Assembly: GCA_031281195.1 (NCBI GenBank)
Contig: JAITFS010000243.1
Location: forward strand, 1 to 61,582
Length of the DNA stretch: 61,582 bases
Source of the DNA: Oscillospiraceae bacterium
Lineage (GTDB): Bacteria > Bacillota > Clostridia > Oscillospirales > Oscillospiraceae
Direction: 5' to 3'
The position numbers and the translations under genes are program-made. This document shows, piece after piece, positions 49,313-57,403 of this stretch. A model generated the notes under the pieces. That model was not told the origin of the DNA and made no database searches. It saw only the letters and a program-made list of their open reading frames with translations. Numbering within the stretch: the stretch's first letter is position 1; each line of letters begins with the position of its first letter.

Positions 49313-51115
49313 TTATCCCCACACCCCTGAATGTGCATAAAAAACATCCGGTATATCAGATAATTCTGTAATATACAGTATTTCGTGTAGCTCTATTGAC
49401 TCTCCAAATACTGTAAATGGTATGTTATATTCTCCAAAGAGAATAGGAACTTCATAGTTTTCTGCTCGAATTTTTGCTAAAACATCAATAGCCGATGTGT
49501 TTGTCCAATTTTCATAATAATAATTAATTATATTACGAACATCACCATTCCAAGCAGGGTTGTAAGAAACAATTGCAGAACCATCAGCATACGGAGGTTT
49601 TACCATTAATATTGGATTATACGTTTGAGTAGGCCAAAAGTTTCCGAAATTACGTTGCATTAACTCAAAGTTATGTATGTAATGAACATGCTCAACCCAC
49701 ATTTCCGGAGAAAAAAACGTTCCATGGTCAGCAACGAGTATAATTAAACTATTATCATAAACATCAAGCTCATGCATAACATTAAATAAACGTTCAAGCT
49801 GATTAAAAAAGAAGTACATTTCATTTATGTATAACTCCTCTGAGATTCCATGCCATGAAAAGGTGTTAACATCTGTATTGATTTCGCCATCTCTGGAAAC
49901 AAGTACAGGAGTATGTGTACCATAATTCCAAAAATACATTAACTTTTTTTCATCGTTCCCTAGCCTGAGATTGTCGATTAGAGCCTCAGTTATTGCTATG
50001 CTCTCTTTAGTGTCATCCACTACAAGCGCAAACTCTGTATCTAACCAAGCACCGGATTCTACTACTTCATTTTCTGTAATAAACCTAGATAAAAAACCTA
50101 AAAATGGTACTCGCATCCAATATCCGGTAAGCCTCGCAACTGATGCTGTTGCGACTGTGTTATATAGTGTTAATTCTACCTCTGGAGAAACTCTACCGAC
50201 ATAAGGGAACTCACCATTTGTTGTAGTTTCAAATAATCTGCCTAATAAATTAACTCTGAAACCAACCTCTTGCATATCTGACATAAAGGAATTTGGTAAT
50301 GAATGTGGATTTTGATCTTCCCATAACAAATCATCAGATGGGTAAAAAACACCGGATTGAATAGCATTATTGTTAAAACGTGTAAATGGAAATGATGAAA
50401 ATGCTCTAGTAAACATAGTAAAACCATTAAAGGTTTCATAAAAATGCGGATTTTCCATAAATGTCCGTTCAACCAACGAACCTTGTGTCATATCTAAAAC
50501 GATAACTACTATATTTTGCTCCGTACTAAATGCTGTTACCGATTCAAAAGCTTCTTTGTTAAGCTCTGAGTTTATGTTATTGCTCATATTAAACATTGTA
50601 TTAGCGTTAGTAATTACAGAAAAAACTGAAAATAGTGCAATAGGGATAATTAAAAAACGTAATTGTTTTCTAAATAAAATCATCAACCCAATTATTAGCA
50701 GATAAAAAGCTCCGTTGCGTGCAAGTGGCCATAAACTGTCAGTAATTCTTATCAACTGCTCTCTGCCATCTAACATTCCTGCACTCATAGGGAATATAAA
50801 AGCATTAATAAAAATTAGAATAACAGCAGCTGATAAGATAACCTCAAGATACTTATAATGCGTTCGTAATAAAAACACAATTGTGCTAAATACTAATGAT
50901 ATAGCCAGTGTTACCAACGCTATTGGGATTAGCATATTAAGTTGAAATACTTCACCTGCTGCTATAGCAATTATTAGTGGGCAACATATCAATACAATAA
51001 CAAAAATCGTATATACAGTTATGGAACTGTGTGCAAATTGCAGACCACGCTTTTGATCAAAAGTATCAGTTGCCATTATATTTCTAAAAAATTTTTTAAC
51101 TTTTTCTTTAAACAC
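49313..51115 (-). CDS. Membrane-anchored alkaline-phosphatase-superfamily transferase (LtaS/GacH/EptA-like phospho-alcohol transferase)
   Basis: About 5 N-terminal TM helices, then NIVVIVLDMTQG and SLIILVADHGT (metal-ligand D / DHG motifs of the sulfatase/AP fold). GTG start with GGAGGA SD. Confidence 0.6.
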   Translation of the reverse strand: MFKEKVKKFFRNIMATDTFDQKRGLQFAHSSITVYTIFVIVLICCPLIIAIAAGEVFQLNMLIPIALVTLAISLVFSTIVFLLRTHYKYLEVILSAAVILIFINAFIFPMSAGMLDGREQLIRITDSLWPLARNGAFYLLIIGLMILFRKQLRFLIIPIALFSVFSVITNANTMFNMSNNINSELNKEAFESVTAFSTEQNIVVIVLDMTQGSLVERTFMENPHFYETFNGFTMFTRAFSSFPFTRFNNNAIQSGVFYPSDDLLWEDQNPHSLPNSFMSDMQEVGFRVNLLGRLFETTTNGEFPYVGRVSPEVELTLYNTVATASVARLTGYWMRVPFLGFLSRFITENEVVESGAWLDTEFALVVDDTKESIAITEALIDNLRLGNDEKKLMYFWNYGTHTPVLVSRDGEINTDVNTFSWHGISEELYINEMYFFFNQLERLFNVMHELDVYDNSLIILVADHGTFFSPEMWVEHVHYIHNFELMQRNFGNFWPTQTYNPILMVKPPYADGSAIVSYNPAWNGDVRNIINYYYENWTNTSAIDVLAKIRAENYEVPILFGEYNIPFTVFGESIELHEILYITELSDIPDVFYAHSGVWG

Positions 51116-51137
51116 CAGGATTTCCTCCGCTTTTTAT

Positions 51138-51166
51138 ATTATAACATAAAACTACATATATTGCAT
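51138..51166 (-). promoter_or_regulatory. Candidate promoter of the 33-kb minus-strand block: extended -10 TGtTATAAT (complement of 51138-51146), 17-nt spacer, weak -35 ATGCAA (complement of 51161-51166)
   Basis: Read directly on the reverse complement. The predicted start lies ~18 nt upstream of the GTG at 51115. Confidence 0.5.
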
Positions 51167-51189
51167 TTTCTTAATTTTTTGCGTATAAT
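51161..51189 (+). promoter_or_regulatory. Promoter of the small-membrane-protein / YidC::TagF operon: -35 TTGCAT (51161-51166), 17 nt, -10 TATAAT (51184-51189)
   Basis: Near-consensus hexamers with optimal spacing, read directly. Confidence 0.6.
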
Positions 51190-51264
51190 TAAGCTAATGT
51201 CAGTTTGAAACACCTCACTATAGGCTTAGGTGAAAACAATTACAGTATAAAAAGGGGAATTGTT

Positions 51265-51552
51265 TTGAAAATTTTTAAATACATAGCATATATTTTTATG
51301 TTTACTCTTACATTTATGTTATTAACAACAAAAGCTCACGCATATATAGATCCTGCAACAACTGCAATGCTTACGCAGATATTAGCAGGTGTACTTATTA
51401 CTCTGGGTGTAGTTTTTGGAGTTTTTCGTCAGAAAATAATAATGTTTTTTAAGAATATAAGTGTTAAGCGTACAAAGAAAAAGATAGAACGTGAAAATGC
51501 AAAAACACAAAACAAACCAAAAAATGATACAGGAGAAAAGGATACTAAGTAG
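51265..51552 (+). CDS. Small membrane protein (signal-like TM + second TM, Lys-rich tail), unknown function
   Basis: Start moved to the in-frame TTG at 51265, with AAGGGGA SD 7 nt upstream. Sequence: (M)KIFKYIAYIFMFTLTFMLLTTKAHAYIDPATTAMLTQILAGVLITLGVVF... Its stop overlaps the GTG of the next gene (TAGTG). Confidence 0.5.
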   Translation: MKIFKYIAYIFMFTLTFMLLTTKAHAYIDPATTAMLTQILAGVLITLGVVFGVFRQKIIMFFKNISVKRTKKKIERENAKTQNKPKNDTGEKDTK

Positions 51553-53435
51553 TGAACATTATTGATTTAGTATTTGGCTCATTTTTTGGATTTTTGATGC
51601 GTCTTTGCTATGATATAACTAACAATTTCGGGTGGTCAATAGTGATATTTTCAGTATTGATTAAGCTTGTTTTGTTTCCAATTTCTTTGATTTCGCAAAA
51701 AAACTCAATTATCATGGTAAAAATCAAACCAATGCTAAATGACCTGCAAGCACGTTATGCAAGTGAACCTGATGTATTACTGCAAGAGCAAAAAGCATTG
51801 TTTAAAAAAGAAAAATACAGTGCAATTAAAGCATTATTACCCTTACTTGTTCAAATCCCGATAATTATTGGGGTTATTAGTGTTGTAAACAATCCGGTGA
51901 GGCATCTCGGGGAGAATGTAAATGCAGATTTCTTTGGCGTTGATATGTTTGCTATGCCTGAGAATCTTTTTATCCCTGCGCTGGCAATAATTTCAACAAT
52001 TCTGTTATGTGTTATACAAAATACCTTTAATGTTATATCAAAAGAGCAAGGTTTTTTTGGTAAATGGGGGGTTATGCTGTTATTAACAGTTTTTACCGGG
52101 TGGTTTGTATTTGTTGTACCAACAGGAGTAGGGCTTTACTGGACATATAGCAACTTAACAGGAATTCTTGTTTTAGCAGTATGTAATATAATCTATAATC
52201 CAAAAAAGTACATAGATTACGAACACCGTACTATAAAACCAAAGCTTACCAAAGTAGAGAAAGAGGAAAAGCGTAGAATACGAAAAATCGAAAAAGAACG
52301 TGAAAAAGCTGATATGCAACGTTTTTTTAGTGTTGAGAAGGAAGTTGTTTTCTTTTCTGAATCAAAAGGATTTATAAAATATTTCGAGCGTTTTATAGAC
52401 TATATAATTAACAACTCTGATATAACAGTTCATTATTTAACAGCAGATATAAATGACCCTGTTCTGGAGTTAAATAAATCTCAGTTTGAAGCGTATTATT
52501 GCTCGGACAAAGGGCTTATCACAACATTTATGAAAATGGATGCAGCTATTGTTGTTATGACGCTGGCTGACCTTAATGTTTATCATTATAAACGCTCTAT
52601 AGTACGTAAGGATATTGAATATATATATATTGATCATGGGTTGGGTAGTTGTAATCTTTTGCTGCGAAAAGGTGCTTTAAATCATTATGATACGATTTTT
52701 TGTAATTGTAAGGAATATAACGAGGAAATACGAGCAACAGAAAGTGTTTATAACCTTAAAGAAAAAAATCTTGTTAATGTTGGATTTGGGCTTTTAGATA
52801 CACTAATTGAAAAATATGAAAAAGAAAAAAGTGATAAATTAGAAACAGATAAACCTTATGTATTAATAGCTCCTTCGTGGCAAAGGGATAATATAATAGA
52901 GATTTGTTTATCTCCGATTTTGGATGCTATAAGTAAACTTGATGTAAAGATAGTTTTACGGCCACATCCTGAGTTTGTTAAACGTTTTGTTGGAAAAATG
53001 CAATCATTATATTCTCAATACAGTGATTTAATAAAAACGGGAGTGCTTGATATACAAACTGATTTTTCATCAAACTCAACTGTATACAATGCCGACTTAG
53101 TTATAACTGATTGGTCGAGCATAGCTGTGGAATATTCACTGACTACAAAAAAACCAACACTTTTTATCAACACTCCGATGAAAATAATGAACCCCGAGTG
53201 GCAAAAAATAGATGTAGAACCAATGGATTTTACGATACGAAATATTATTGGGATTTCGTTAGATATTGATAAACTTGATGATGTAGCATCTATAACTCAA
53301 AAGCTGCTTGATAGTAAAGATACTTACAAAGCAGCTATTGAAGATTATATGTCGGAACATTTATATAATGTTGGTACAACCGCAAGCGTTGGCGGAGGTT
53401 ATATTATTGATCGAGTTCTTTCCTTGCGTCCTTAA
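51552..53435 (+). CDS. Fusion protein: YidC/Oxa1-type membrane insertase domain + TagB/TagF-type CDP-alcohol (glycerophospho)transferase domain
   Basis: YidC part: NFGWSIVIFSVLIKLVLFPISL, KPMLNDLQARY, LLPLLVQIPIIIG, GVGLYWTYSNLTGIL. Basic linker: KEEKRRIRKIEKEREK. TagF part: YVLIAPSWQRDN, VLRPHPEF, DLVITDWSSIAVEYSLTTKKPTLFI. Confidence 0.7.
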   Translation: MNIIDLVFGSFFGFLMRLCYDITNNFGWSIVIFSVLIKLVLFPISLISQKNSIIMVKIKPMLNDLQARYASEPDVLLQEQKALFKKEKYSAIKALLPLLVQIPIIIGVISVVNNPVRHLGENVNADFFGVDMFAMPENLFIPALAIISTILLCVIQNTFNVISKEQGFFGKWGVMLLLTVFTGWFVFVVPTGVGLYWTYSNLTGILVLAVCNIIYNPKKYIDYEHRTIKPKLTKVEKEEKRRIRKIEKEREKADMQRFFSVEKEVVFFSESKGFIKYFERFIDYIINNSDITVHYLTADINDPVLELNKSQFEAYYCSDKGLITTFMKMDAAIVVMTLADLNVYHYKRSIVRKDIEYIYIDHGLGSCNLLLRKGALNHYDTIFCNCKEYNEEIRATESVYNLKEKNLVNVGFGLLDTLIEKYEKEKSDKLETDKPYVLIAPSWQRDNIIEICLSPILDAISKLDVKIVLRPHPEFVKRFVGKMQSLYSQYSDLIKTGVLDIQTDFSSNSTVYNADLVITDWSSIAVEYSLTTKKPTLFINTPMKIMNPEWQKIDVEPMDFTIRNIIGISLDIDKLDDVASITQKLLDSKDTYKAAIEDYMSEHLYNVGTTASVGGGYIIDRVLSLRP

Positions 53436-54963
53436 AGAAGCTGAAAACGATTAACAAAATTACAAGTCCTATTGGAAATGCTGCTATAATTGCTACACTT
53501 TGTAAGCTTTGTAATGCACTGTTTGAGAAGATTAGTCCAATCGGGAGGAGAATGAGTAGTACTGCCCAGAAAGCACGTACTTTTTTGTTTGGTTCTTCGC
53601 CCGGTTCAAGTTTTTTATGTGAATAACATGAGATAACCATAGTTAGTGCATCGAATGTTGTTGCATAAAAGATTATCATGTTTATTACCAGTATTATTAA
53701 TGCTAACGAGGGTAGTGGTAAGGTTTCGAATATCCTGATAACAACAGCGGAAATAGCTTCCGGTGTCCAGTCAGAGTTTGCTATTGCACCTGCTGAATCC
53801 AGACCATGTTTCATTTGTTGGCTAAGCCCATAGTTTCCAAGTATTATAAAGGATGTAAATGTTCCTGCAAGCCCCCAGCAATAAGCACCAAGAACGGTAT
53901 TTTTTAACGTTCTGCCTTTACTAATCATTCCGATAAAGAACGGAGTTGCTATACACCAAGCCATCCAGTATGCCCAGTAGAAAATTGTCCAGCTTTGCAC
54001 AAATCCTGTTCCTGCCTCCCAACCTGACTCTCTTAGCGGATCGGTGCGTGTAGCAAGCCCGATGAAGTTTTGAATCAGATTTCCTATCGATTCGACACCG
54101 GTTTCGATAATGTAACGAGTTTCGCCACCTAAGAATAGGAAGTAGAATAAAAACGCAAAAAACAGATAGACTGAAAAGCTCGCTAGCTTTGATATACCAC
54201 CCATGCCTGTGAGGACTGCTATTGTGTATACAATTGCGATGAGTAGCAGGATACATATAGTAAGTCCGTTGGAAACACTAATACCAAATACATGAGCTAA
54301 AGCACCTGCAAGCAGTGGTGTAGCCAGTGAAAAAGTTGTTGCTGTGCCTGCGATTAATGAGAAAATTGCAACCATGTCAATGATTCTACCGAGTATTCCA
54401 TCAACTTTATTACCAAGTATCGGGCGGCATGCTTCAGAAAACTTTTGTTTTGATCTTCCGCGTACATGCAGCATGAAACCAAATGCTGCCGCTAATACTA
54501 TGTAAAATGACCATGCTATCGGACCCCAATGAAAAAGTGGAAATGTTGGTGACCATAGCTGCATTTCACCCATTGATTCTACGTATGGTTCTGTAGCGTA
54601 CATCGCCCACTCACTAAGTGAGTAAAACAGAATGTCTGCTGCCATTGTTGCTGTAAAAATCATTGCACCCCAAGCAAATGGTTTGTATTGTGGTTTCTCG
54701 TCAGCAGCACCAAGCTTAATTTTCCCATAACGGGAAAACGCTATATACATGGTTGCTCCAAATGCAAACAGACCCATCAATATATAATAGATACCGATGT
54801 CATTTCCAAGCACTGACCGTATTTCGCCAAGCATGTTTTCAGAGCCGTCAGGAAACATTACAAATACTATTGCCAGCACTAAAACACCAATTAGTGGAAT
54901 AATAATTGAAATCCAATCAATTTCACCACCATTCTTTTTCTTTTCTACACTTTCTTTACTCAT
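53404..54963 (-). CDS. BCCT-family transporter (betaine/carnitine/choline)
   Basis: Contains the BCCT signature WTIFYWAYWMAWCIATPFFIGMISKGRT; 519 aa, 12 TM. Confidence 0.85.
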   Translation of the reverse strand: MSKESVEKKKNGGEIDWISIIIPLIGVLVLAIVFVMFPDGSENMLGEIRSVLGNDIGIYYILMGLFAFGATMYIAFSRYGKIKLGAADEKPQYKPFAWGAMIFTATMAADILFYSLSEWAMYATEPYVESMGEMQLWSPTFPLFHWGPIAWSFYIVLAAAFGFMLHVRGRSKQKFSEACRPILGNKVDGILGRIIDMVAIFSLIAGTATTFSLATPLLAGALAHVFGISVSNGLTICILLLIAIVYTIAVLTGMGGISKLASFSVYLFFAFLFYFLFLGGETRYIIETGVESIGNLIQNFIGLATRTDPLRESGWEAGTGFVQSWTIFYWAYWMAWCIATPFFIGMISKGRTLKNTVLGAYCWGLAGTFTSFIILGNYGLSQQMKHGLDSAGAIANSDWTPEAISAVVIRIFETLPLPSLALIILVINMIIFYATTFDALTMVISCYSHKKLEPGEEPNKKVRAFWAVLLILLPIGLIFSNSALQSLQSVAIIAAFPIGLVILLIVFSFFKDARKELDQ

Positions 54964-55005
54964 TACTTAAATCCTCTCCATTTTTTGTTATTAACCTTGC
55001 TATTT

Positions 55006-56790
55006 TTATGCTAATCTTTGCTTCACAATGTTGAAATAATCCTTTGCATATCTATATTGCCAAAGCGAATATTCGCCAAAATCGATACCGAAATCACTTT
55101 TATATTCGCACCAGTTACTCCATAAAAGCCCGCACATAGCAACATAAGCATAGATTTTTGTTCTGGTTTCATCAGAGCATTTATCATCGAAATAGCTATC
55201 TATTAGTGCATCAACATGTTGCTTTTCATACATTGAATAGACAGCAAACATAGCAATGTCGACGTGTGGGTCTTGCATTGCAGAGTATTCCCAATCTATT
55301 AGTTTTATCTGAGTGGTTTTGTTGTTTTCTATAAAAATGAAGTTGTCAGGAACAGCATCTATATGGGTAAGTGTCCATTTTGTATTTAATGATTTGATAT
55401 ATTCCTGCAAGCTTAGAATATTACCTTTTGTTTCATTATAATCGCGAAAACATGAAAAATCTCTAAGCCATAAGCTTTCGTAGTACTCGATTCGCTCAAA
55501 TATATCAAATGTGTGGTCAACACTTAGATTCATGTTATGAAAATCTTTTAGCTTTTTCATACAGGCTTTTACATCGGTGCTGTTTAACGGGTCACAAACT
55601 CTTGCGTTATCAATAAACATCGTGATTTTATATCCTGTTTTCGGGTCAATGTATATAACATTATCGCAAAGTCCAAGTGGTTCAATGATTTTGTAAACAA
55701 TGTACTCCTGCTTTCTGTCTATCATCAAGTCTGTACCTTCACCCGGAATACGCATAATATATTTTGTATTGTCATGTACAAATGTAAATGAGTGATTTGT
55801 CATACCAATTTTAATAGGTTTTATATCATGAATTTTATCCTCAGAAACATTAAATATTTTTGCAATAGTTTTCATAATCTTACTATTAGAAGAAGTATTG
55901 TAGGAGGTGTCAAATTGGCGTAGCTCTTCAAGATTTTCAAACTCGTGTACATTATCAGTTTGTTTATTCGCAATCATTGTTATAGTTTTTATATAATCTT
56001 TTAGTATTTGCTCCCAATACAAATCATCTGTACCGGGGCGATTGTAGTATTCATCAAGTTTTGTGCGGAAAAATGTTGATAAAGTATCATCAAAGTACGC
56101 AGGGCCAATTAGTACCCACGAGTTTTGCCCGCCAATTGATATTGATTTTATTTTGTCTGATGCACTTAAAGAAACACACCACTCGTTTGTTGCACCCTCT
56201 GCATAAATGCTTGAATACCAACTATATGGCTCATAGATATTAAAAATATTATCTCGAATCCAAAAATCAGACATCAACACATAAGTATTACCAAGTTTTT
56301 CACGAATGATATGTAAACTGCTTAGATTATTTTTTGTTGCATACTCTGGGTTAAATACCAATGTTACATCATACTTATCTATTAGATAATCAAATGCTTC
56401 TTTTTTATAACCAACCACAATGGTTATATCTCTAATTGAACGGGCGTGTAAATGCTCGATTTGTCGCTCTATCATCGGTTGACCGTATACCTCGAGCAAA
56501 CCTTTTGGAACATCATACGTAAGCGGTACAAAACGTGAACCAAAACCGGCAGCAAGTATTATTGCATTTTTTACTTTATAATCACCAAGAAAAGCAAGTC
56601 CCTTTTCGTTTACAATCCACTTTTTATCGTTTAACAAACAACGCTTGATATATTGCTTTGCTTGACATTCGCTGATGATATTATTAACTAATCCCAATGA
56701 AAGCATAGTTGCTGACGCTACCTCACGCTGGGTTGCTTCCGGATAGCTAAGTAGGTATCTGCACACTAAAACTATATGCTCGTTTTTCAT
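55006..56790 (-). CDS. Tripartite fusion: N-terminal winged-HTH-like segment + LicC-type CTP:phosphocholine cytidylyltransferase + LicA-type choline kinase
   Basis: AIILAAGFGSRFVPLTYDVPKGLLEVYGQPMIERQIEHL...IVVGYKKEAFDYLIDKYDVTLVFNPEYATKNNLSSL is colinear with pneumococcal LicC. The kinase part has LTHIDAVPDNFIF and LIDWEYSAMQDPHVDIA. The first ~70 aa resemble an HTH (TQREVASATMLSLGLVNNIISE). Confidence 0.8.
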   Translation of the reverse strand: MKNEHIVLVCRYLLSYPEATQREVASATMLSLGLVNNIISECQAKQYIKRCLLNDKKWIVNEKGLAFLGDYKVKNAIILAAGFGSRFVPLTYDVPKGLLEVYGQPMIERQIEHLHARSIRDITIVVGYKKEAFDYLIDKYDVTLVFNPEYATKNNLSSLHIIREKLGNTYVLMSDFWIRDNIFNIYEPYSWYSSIYAEGATNEWCVSLSASDKIKSISIGGQNSWVLIGPAYFDDTLSTFFRTKLDEYYNRPGTDDLYWEQILKDYIKTITMIANKQTDNVHEFENLEELRQFDTSYNTSSNSKIMKTIAKIFNVSEDKIHDIKPIKIGMTNHSFTFVHDNTKYIMRIPGEGTDLMIDRKQEYIVYKIIEPLGLCDNVIYIDPKTGYKITMFIDNARVCDPLNSTDVKACMKKLKDFHNMNLSVDHTFDIFERIEYYESLWLRDFSCFRDYNETKGNILSLQEYIKSLNTKWTLTHIDAVPDNFIFIENNKTTQIKLIDWEYSAMQDPHVDIAMFAVYSMYEKQHVDALIDSYFDDKCSDETRTKIYAYVAMCGLLWSNWCEYKSDFGIDFGEYSLWQYRYAKDYFNIVKQRLA

Positions 56791-56833
56791 GATTTGTATA
56801 CAACCTCTCTATTGCATGATGTTCAATATGAAG

Positions 56834-56862
56834 ACAATAGCATAATTTTTGAACACTGTCAA
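56834..56862 (-). promoter_or_regulatory. Candidate promoter of the licC/licA-BCCT operon: -35 TTGACA (complement of 56857-56862), 17 nt, extended -10 TGcTATTGT (complement of 56834-56842)
   Basis: Read directly on the reverse complement. Confidence 0.5.
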
Positions 56863-56887
56863 GAAAAATTTTTGTTTTTCATAGCTA

Positions 56888-56915
56888 TTGTTTTACTTAA
56901 CATTTATGGTATACT
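56888..56915 (+). promoter_or_regulatory. Candidate promoter of the GtrA-family gene: -35 TTGTTT (56888-56893), 16 nt, extended -10 TGgTATACT (56907-56915); predicts a leaderless mRNA
   Basis: The -10 ends 6 nt before the ATG at 56922, and no SD lies between them. Confidence 0.35.
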
Positions 56916-56921
56916 TCAAAA

Positions 56922-57323
56922 ATGAAAACTATCAAAAAATTATTGTCAAATCCTAACATTGTACAAATCATCAAGTTTTGTTTTGTTGGTGTACTTAACA
57001 CTGCTGTTTATTATATTGTTTATCTTTTATTATTGAAAATTGGTTTTAACTATGCAGTAGCTGCAACAGTTGGAACACTCGCCGGAATTATAAACAGTTA
57101 TCTGTTTAACAAATTTTTTACATTTAAATCCAAAAAAAAATCAATTGCTGAGATTATTAAGTTTTGTATAGTTTACTTAATTCAATTTTTAAGTAATCTT
57201 TTAGTTATCTATATATGTGTAAACTTTATTGGTTTATCCGAAGAATTAGCAGGTATACCACCGGTTTTCACAGGAATGATTATAAGCTTTTTAGGACACA
57301 AGTTCTGGAGCTTTAAGAAGTAA
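56922..57323 (+). CDS. GtrA-family protein (polyprenyl-phosphate-sugar flippase family)
   Basis: 133 aa, 4 TM. IIKFCFVGVLNTAVYYIVYLLL and GHKFWSFKK are classic GtrA-family ends. Confidence 0.8.
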   Translation: MKTIKKLLSNPNIVQIIKFCFVGVLNTAVYYIVYLLLLKIGFNYAVAATVGTLAGIINSYLFNKFFTFKSKKKSIAEIIKFCIVYLIQFLSNLLVIYICVNFIGLSEELAGIPPVFTGMIISFLGHKFWSFKK

Positions 57324-57357
57324 TGTATTAAAGTTGGTTTCTTTTAATCAAAAATTA

Positions 57358-57397
57358 AGTACCTCCTGTCAAAGAGACGGGAGGTACTATTAGTTTT
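57358..57397. terminator. Bidirectional rho-independent terminator between convergent genes
   Basis: 13-bp stem AGTACCTCCTGTC / GACGGGAGGTACT (one G-T position), loop AAAGA. A T-run follows on the plus strand (TAGTTTT) and an A-run precedes it (a T5 run for the minus transcript). Confidence 0.6.
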
Positions 57398-57403
57398 ACA
57401 AAG

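Noticed and set aside
51196-51264. Possible riboswitch or attenuator in the 5' leader of the small-membrane-protein operon (short CACCT/AGGTG complementarity).
   Set aside because: Only a 5-bp stem is present, with no conserved riboswitch-like architecture that I recognise. The leader is about 70 nt and AT-rich.
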